Below, piece by piece: positions 55,534 through 64,000 of a stretch of DNA of 64,000 nucleotides. This DNA is from Bacteroidales bacterium. GTDB lineage: Bacteria; Bacteroidota; Bacteroidia; Bacteroidales; PXBB01. The translations under genes and the position numbers were made by a program. The notes beneath the pieces are model-generated. The model was given only the letters and a program-made list of their open reading frames with translations. It was not told the DNA's origin and ran no database searches. How positions within the stretch are numbered: the stretch's first letter is position 1; each line of letters begins with the position of its first letter. The stretch spans positions 1,588 to 65,587 of the forward strand of contig JAQVVM010000017.1 in assembly GCA_028698995.1 (NCBI GenBank). Direction: 5' to 3'.

Positions 55534-56730
55534 ATGAAAAGAAAAAAAATAATTATTATCGGAGGGGGACCGGCAGGTTTAATGGCTGCAGAAAAACTCA
55601 GTTCTGTTCACAGTGTATGTGTTTTTGATAAAGAAAAAAACATTGGACAGAAATTTCTAATAGCTGGGAAAGGAGGTTTTAATCTGACAAATAAAGCTCA
55701 TGGATTGGAATTAATCAGCAAATATACACCTTCAGGTTTTTTGAACAACGCATTGTTAAGTTTCGATTCTACTGATTTAAGGCAATGGATTTCTGAGATA
55801 GGAATACCTACTTTTGTAGGTTCCAGTGGAAGGGTTTTTCCTGAAAAAGGCATCAAACCTATTGATGTATTGAATAGAATAAAAGAGAAGTTAATACAAC
55901 AAGGTGTGCAATTTTTTAACGAACATGAGTTTATTCGATTTGATAGTAATAAAACTGTAACCTTTAAAAATCATGAAGGAAATATTGTGATTGAAGCTGA
56001 TTACATCCTATTTGCTTTAGGAGGAGCATCTTGGCCCGTAACCGGTTCAAACGGTACTTGGCGTATTATTTTTGAGTCTATGGGCATTAATACAAAACCA
56101 TTTCAATCATCCAATTGTGGAATTAATATTTGCTGGCCTGAGACTTTAAGAATAAACCATGCAGGAAAGCCTCTCAAAAATGTAAGACTATCAACAAGCA
56201 ATTTTAAAGTAATGGGAGAAGCTATCATGACCGATTACGGTTTGGAAGGAAACGCCGTTTATAAATTGGTGCCTTCAATACGTGATATGTTTAATAATAA
56301 TGAGCCTGTTAAAATTAATATTGATTTTAAACCATTAAATACTAAAGAACAGCTTATTAATAAAGTTAAAGGGAAAGATGTTTCTTCAAAGAATTATAAA
56401 GAAATATTCAATCTAACTACAACTCAACTAGCTATTATAAAGGCATTTACCAATAAGAATTCTTTTCAATCGATTGAAGGGTTTGTTAGCAGTATTAAGA
56501 AGATTTCAATTCCTGTTGATTCATTGAGGCCATTGAATGAAGCTATCTCTAGTATAGGAGGGATAAGTCTGGATGAGGTTAATGATGATTTTTCGTTAAA
56601 AAAATATCCAAAGATATACACCATTGGTGAAATGCTCGATTGGGATGCCCCAACCGGAGGTTTTCTACTTCAAGCCTGTTTCTCGATGGGAAATTATGCT
56701 GCTAAATCAATTTTAAACGAAGATATTTAA
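55534..56730 (+). CDS. NAD(P)/FAD-dependent oxidoreductase, BaiN/HI0933-like flavoprotein
   Basis: Rossmann motif IIIIGGGPAGLMAAEKL. Other blocks: KFLIAGKGGFNLTN, GRVFP, and the C-terminal GEMLDWDAPTGGFLLQ. Length is 398 aa. Confidence 0.8.
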   Translation: MKRKKIIIIGGGPAGLMAAEKLSSVHSVCVFDKEKNIGQKFLIAGKGGFNLTNKAHGLELISKYTPSGFLNNALLSFDSTDLRQWISEIGIPTFVGSSGRVFPEKGIKPIDVLNRIKEKLIQQGVQFFNEHEFIRFDSNKTVTFKNHEGNIVIEADYILFALGGASWPVTGSNGTWRIIFESMGINTKPFQSSNCGINICWPETLRINHAGKPLKNVRLSTSNFKVMGEAIMTDYGLEGNAVYKLVPSIRDMFNNNEPVKINIDFKPLNTKEQLINKVKGKDVSSKNYKEIFNLTTTQLAIIKAFTNKNSFQSIEGFVSSIKKISIPVDSLRPLNEAISSIGGISLDEVNDDFSLKKYPKIYTIGEMLDWDAPTGGFLLQACFSMGNYAAKSILNEDI

Positions 56731-57064
56731 CACCCTAAAATGATTTCAATAAATTATTTATTACACCTTACTTTATGAATAGAGTATAAATTGTTTTGTT
56801 GAAAGATGAATTTAGTGATTTAGTAAGTTTAGATTTGCACAATGAAATATATTTTATACATTTTTGTTTATTAAAATAATTTGTTAATTATTAAAATAAA
56901 TTACTATTTTTGAAACTCAATAATATAAAATATCTTTAACTTCTATAATGCTAGCTTGAACATCCTGATTTTACAGTATATAATAGCATTTCATTATATT
57001 GGCATTATAAAAATTAGATCAAATCAAATAAGAATACTTGTAAATAATTTAAAAATAATTTTAA

Positions 57065-60364
<3,300 letters not shown>

Positions 60365-60810
60365 AAATTTGGTTGCAACTTGTGTTGCCTTGTTGAGGTA
60401 AAAATAGTCCTTTTTAATAGTGAGTTAAACCCTCAAAATATTTATAAAAAAGAACAATAGATAGCGTTTTACATAAGTAAAATACAGACGAAAGAATATT
60501 TTTGATTAACGATTATTAATTTTATATTTATTTTTTATTTGCTGCAACTGTCATTTTTCCACCGCATTTAAAATCTGAGTACTAAGTTTAACTTGGGGAC
60601 AATGCATTCCCTGAGCTAAGATAGTTCTATGGTTTTATTATTTAAAAAAAAATATTTTGAAATAAATACAATATTAAAAATAATATTGTATTTTTGATAT
60701 TACTTTTACTAATGAAACAGTTTTTTTATACCTATAAATAAAAAGCTTATTTTGATAAATATTTTTTTTTAATTATTCTTTTCTTAATATTTATTTAATA
60801 GTCTTTGTTT

Positions 60811-61065
60811 ATGAATAAAAAAAATATATATTTATTAACTTGTTTGTTTTTTGTAGGTACAACAGTCTTTACTCAGACAATTCAAAATTCAGTTATTTCC
60901 AGCACAGGTGGTTCAGCTTTATCAGGAAGCCTTAAGATGGATAATACAATAGAAAAAACAATGATTGAAACTGTTGCTGCAAGGAGAAATACTCTAACAC
61001 AAGGTTTTCATCAAAACAATCTAACATTGATGACCATTGAAATATTTGAAGATTTTCTTTCATGA
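60811..61065 (+). CDS. Small hypothetical secreted protein (start taken at the ATG at 60811 rather than the track TTG)
   Basis: Signal-like N-terminus MNKKNIYLLTCLFFVGTTVFTQ, followed by SSTGGSALSG...TLTQGFHQ. Only 84 aa, and there is no strong coding evidence beyond ORF length and position upstream of the second fibre gene. Confidence 0.35.
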   Translation: MNKKNIYLLTCLFFVGTTVFTQTIQNSVISSTGGSALSGSLKMDNTIEKTMIETVAARRNTLTQGFHQNNLTLMTIEIFEDFLS

Positions 61066-61169
61066 CAAAAGTCAAAGGAAATGACTTTGCACTTGTATCT
61101 TGCAAATTTAAACTTTAACCTCTCATTTTGCTTCTTATCCCTTAAATTAAATCTATAAAAATAAAAAAA

Positions 61170-63947
61170 ATGAAAAAAACAATTCAAAAATTCAGCTTAG
61201 TAGCCTTGCTACTTTTTTATTTTAACTTTTATCTACTATCTTTTTTGCAAGCTCAATCCCCACAAAGCTTTAAATACCAGGCAGTACTTCGCGACAATGC
61301 AGGTATTATTATTGCAAACCAGAACATTCCTATCAGGGTATCCATACATCAAGGTTCAAGTACTGGCACTGTCATTTATAAGGAAACTTTCAGCCCTACA
61401 ACCAACCAATATGGATTAGTAAATTTGAACATAGGAACAGGCATTGTAGTTAGTGGAAACTTTTCTACTATTTCTTGGGGTACAGATTCATATTTTATTC
61501 AGATAGAAGTTGATGCTGGTTCAGGTTATGTTGATATGGGTGCAACACAATTATTAAGCGTACCTTATGCATTGTACTCTGCTACTTCAGGAGGCTCAGG
61601 AACGCCTGGCCCAACAGGAGCAACGGGGCCAACCGGTCTTACAGGTAGCACAGGATTAGTTGGACCAACGGGACCATCCGGTCTTACAGGTAGTACAGGA
61701 CTAGATGGTGCAACAGGCCCAACAGGTCTTGCAGGCAGTACCGGATTAGTTGGAGCAACAGGCCCAACAGGTCTTGCAGGTAGTACAGGTTTAATTGGAG
61801 CAACAGGCCCAACAGGTCTTGCAGGCAGTACAGGATTAGTTGGAGCAACAGGCCCAACAGGTCTTGCAGGTAGTACAGGATTAATTGGAGCAACAGGCCC
61901 AACTGGACTAACTGGCAGCACCGGTTTAGTCGGTCCAACCGGAGCTGAAGGAGCAACCGGATCTGATGGAGCAACTGGCGCAACCGGAGCTGATGGCGTA
62001 ACCGGAGCAACCGGAGCAACCGGTCCATTGGTACCCGGTATCAGCAATCAAACTCTTAGACATGATGGTACAGATTGGATTGCCAACAGTTTGTTAACAA
62101 ATGATGGAACAAATATAGGTATTAATTATCAACCTTATCCGGGAGCAAAATTATTTGTTCATCGTCCTTATGGAAATTTTGGCCCTGATTCATCTGCAAT
62201 TTATGCTTATCGTGTAGGATCTGATGGTTATGCTACAGATGGGGGAACCTCTTGGAGTCTTTTAGGAGTTGATGCAGCTATTAAGGGGTACTCCGATTAT
62301 GGTAATAATTTTACTGCAGGTATTGCTGGATATGGTTATCTCGATTATCCCAATTCTACTGCACTAATTGGTAGTAATTACGGCGGTACAACTTGGGGTG
62401 CATTGGCATATAGAGATATAAGTTCAACACTCTGGGCCGGTTATTTTACAGGGAATGTAAATGTAACAGGTACTATGACAATTCAGGGAGGCTCACCAGG
62501 GTTAGGGAAAGTCCTGACATCAAATTCTTCAGGAAATGCCACATGGGAACCCCTGCCTGCATTATTACCTATAGGTACTGCAGGTCAAACTCTTATGAAC
62601 GATGGAACTAACTGGATTGCTAACGATAATTTATTTAATGATGGAACCAATGTCGGAATAGGTACAACAAACCCCACGACGAGGCTCCAGGTTAATTCAG
62701 CTCCGGGTGCTTTTGCAAGCTTTGGATTAAAAGGAACAACAGGTGCTTTTGACCCCTTACAATCATCTGTTTATGACTACAAGGGATTTCTGATTCATTA
62801 CCGCGAAGAAGTCGGCTTTCCCAATCAGGTATCATTGATTGCTACAGGCTCATATTCTAGTAACTATGGAAGTATGATGAGCTTTTATACAAGAAATTAT
62901 GGCGATTATCCTGCTGAAAGAATGCGCATTGTACAGGACGGCAGTATCGGAATTGGAACCATAACTCCCGGAACCAAACTCGATGTTGCTGGCGGTGCCA
63001 TCAGAACAGATAATCAATTGATATCAACCATTTCAACAGGCACCTCACCTCTTGCTGTTACTTCAACCACTATAAATACAAACCTGAATGCCGATATGCT
63101 CGATGGATTACATGCATCCTCTTTCCAAACTGCATTATCAGGTACTTTAAATTATAATACTTACTGGACATCTGCTACAACTTTGGGTTCAGAGCAGTTT
63201 GTAAGTGCAACACGAGGAGGAACAGGAATGGGCAGTTTCACAAATGGTGACCTTTTATTTGCCAATTCTCCTGGAACCCTAAGCAGACTGGCTGGTGTGA
63301 CAGTGGGGAATGTTTTGCTTTCGGGTGGAGTTGGTGTTCCCCCTGCATATGGAAAAGTAACACTGACAGGGCATGTTTCAGGAGTATTACCTGTCGCTAA
63401 TGGTGGAACAGGACAAAGCTCAACTTTAAATCAGGGTGGGGTCATTTATGCCCAATCATCAAATGCAATGGCCTCCAGTGCTACCGGTACTGCTGGTCAA
63501 GTACTTAAATCAAATGGAACATCAGCCCCTGCTTGGAGTAATAATAATGGCATAATTACCTCAACTGAAACAAGTGCAATAACCGCTTTAACTTCATCAT
63601 GGGCTAATTATTCAGGAGCATCTGTTACTATTACAGTCCCCTATTCCGGAACAATTGAAGTCCTTGCGAATGTATGGGTTCAACTGGATCATACTACCGG
63701 TGTATTAGATAGACTTTATCTTGGAATTTCTAATACTACTACAGATGGTGGAATGCCTTCTAACTATGTCGCTTATGATATACCAGCAGCAATTCCAACT
63801 TATGGCCTAGCTAACAGCACATTTACAGTTACAAGAAGATTTCCAGTTTCAGCAGGCACTTATACGTATTACTTAAATGGATATATGTTATCAGGTTTAT
63901 CCGGTGATAAGTTTTGGTATGGTGCAATGAGGGCTGTGTTCTATTAA
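61170..63947 (+). CDS. Collagen-like (Gly-X-Y) repeat fibre protein with tail-fibre-like C-terminal region; paralog of 57080-60364
   Basis: It has the same N-domain as the upstream paralog ([19 protein letters not shown]...[14 protein letters not shown]...[28 protein letters not shown]). A GxY block of ~140 aa follows. Tail-fibre-like motifs are present ([71 protein letters not shown]). Confidence 0.85.
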   Translation: MKKTIQKFSLVALLLFYFNFYLLSFLQAQSPQSFKYQAVLRDNAGIIIANQNIPIRVSIHQGSSTGTVIYKETFSPTTNQYGLVNLNIGTGIVVSGNFSTISWGTDSYFIQIEVDAGSGYVDMGATQLLSVPYALYSATSGGSGTPGPTGATGPTGLTGSTGLVGPTGPSGLTGSTGLDGATGPTGLAGSTGLVGATGPTGLAGSTGLIGATGPTGLAGSTGLVGATGPTGLAGSTGLIGATGPTGLTGSTGLVGPTGAEGATGSDGATGATGADGVTGATGATGPLVPGISNQTLRHDGTDWIANSLLTNDGTNIGINYQPYPGAKLFVHRPYGNFGPDSSAIYAYRVGSDGYATDGGTSWSLLGVDAAIKGYSDYGNNFTAGIAGYGYLDYPNSTALIGSNYGGTTWGALAYRDISSTLWAGYFTGNVNVTGTMTIQGGSPGLGKVLTSNSSGNATWEPLPALLPIGTAGQTLMNDGTNWIANDNLFNDGTNVGIGTTNPTTRLQVNSAPGAFASFGLKGTTGAFDPLQSSVYDYKGFLIHYREEVGFPNQVSLIATGSYSSNYGSMMSFYTRNYGDYPAERMRIVQDGSIGIGTITPGTKLDVAGGAIRTDNQLISTISTGTSPLAVTSTTINTNLNADMLDGLHASSFQTALSGTLNYNTYWTSATTLGSEQFVSATRGGTGMGSFTNGDLLFANSPGTLSRLAGVTVGNVLLSGGVGVPPAYGKVTLTGHVSGVLPVANGGTGQSSTLNQGGVIYAQSSNAMASSATGTAGQVLKSNGTSAPAWSNNNGIITSTETSAITALTSSWANYSGASVTITVPYSGTIEVLANVWVQLDHTTGVLDRLYLGISNTTTDGGMPSNYVAYDIPAAIPTYGLANSTFTVTRRFPVSAGTYTYYLNGYMLSGLSGDKFWYGAMRAVFY
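61626..61940 (+). repeat. Seven tandem 45-bp (15-aa) units in the collagen-like region; the central four are nearly identical
   Basis: The units at 61716-61760, 61761-61805, 61806-61850 and 61851-61895 each encode [11 protein letters not shown](V/I)GAT and differ by only a few nucleotides. The flanking units (61626, 61671, 61896) are diverged copies. Confidence 0.9.
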
Positions 63948-64000
63948 GATTTTGTGTGCCTCTTTATCTAACAAAACTAAAAAACCGGTTGTGAAAGCTT

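Noticed and set aside
60541-60630. GC-richer patch in the long spacer considered as a small RNA or tRNA
   Set aside because: I could not fold it into a cloverleaf or any convincing stem-loop set by eye, and there are no conserved tRNA boxes. It is left as an open question under the spacer finding.

Overview
The window is AT-rich, gene-dense chromosomal DNA that looks like Bacteroidota. The phylum call is an inference from three things: seven proteins end in type IX secretion (T9SS) C-terminal sorting domains, two PorP/SprF genes are present, and TAnnTTTG-type promoter boxes occur upstream of several genes. I support about 38 protein genes, one cobalamin riboswitch, three hairpin terminators and several in-frame coding tandem repeats. 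I did not recognise any rRNA, tRNA, CRISPR array, transposase, integrase or prophage core gene.

Housekeeping genes: rplS, aspartate kinase, zupT, a UbiD-family decarboxylase, a BaiN-like flavoprotein, and an Rrf2-ferredoxin-hcp-cupin operon. These are interleaved with accessory cell-surface loci:
- 1-11110: a hybrid histidine kinase with HPt, then a REC-only regulator and a tightly packed synthase-dependent exopolysaccharide locus (TPR plus beta-barrel porin, polytopic HEAT-repeat protein, PgaC/IcaA-like GT2, GH16-like hydrolase). I consider this the best candidate for an undescribed system.
- 11847-16949 and 38610-45596: two clusters encoding T9SS-secreted CotH kinase-fold proteins, with lamin-tail, PNGase-F-like and TIM-barrel partners.
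- 26348-32471 and 46401-55441: two modules of a type-B T9SS cargo followed by PorP/SprF. Each is associated with an unusual polyglycine region. The second includes a 2483-aa repeat-rich giant.
- 20208-23452: a B12-riboswitch-controlled TonB receptor with a T9SS-anchored DUF4465-like partner.
- 57080-63947: two paralogous collagen-like (Gly-X-Thr) fibre proteins, one of them with a 45-bp VNTR-like array.

All functional calls come from motif reading of the supplied translations. No database search was run.
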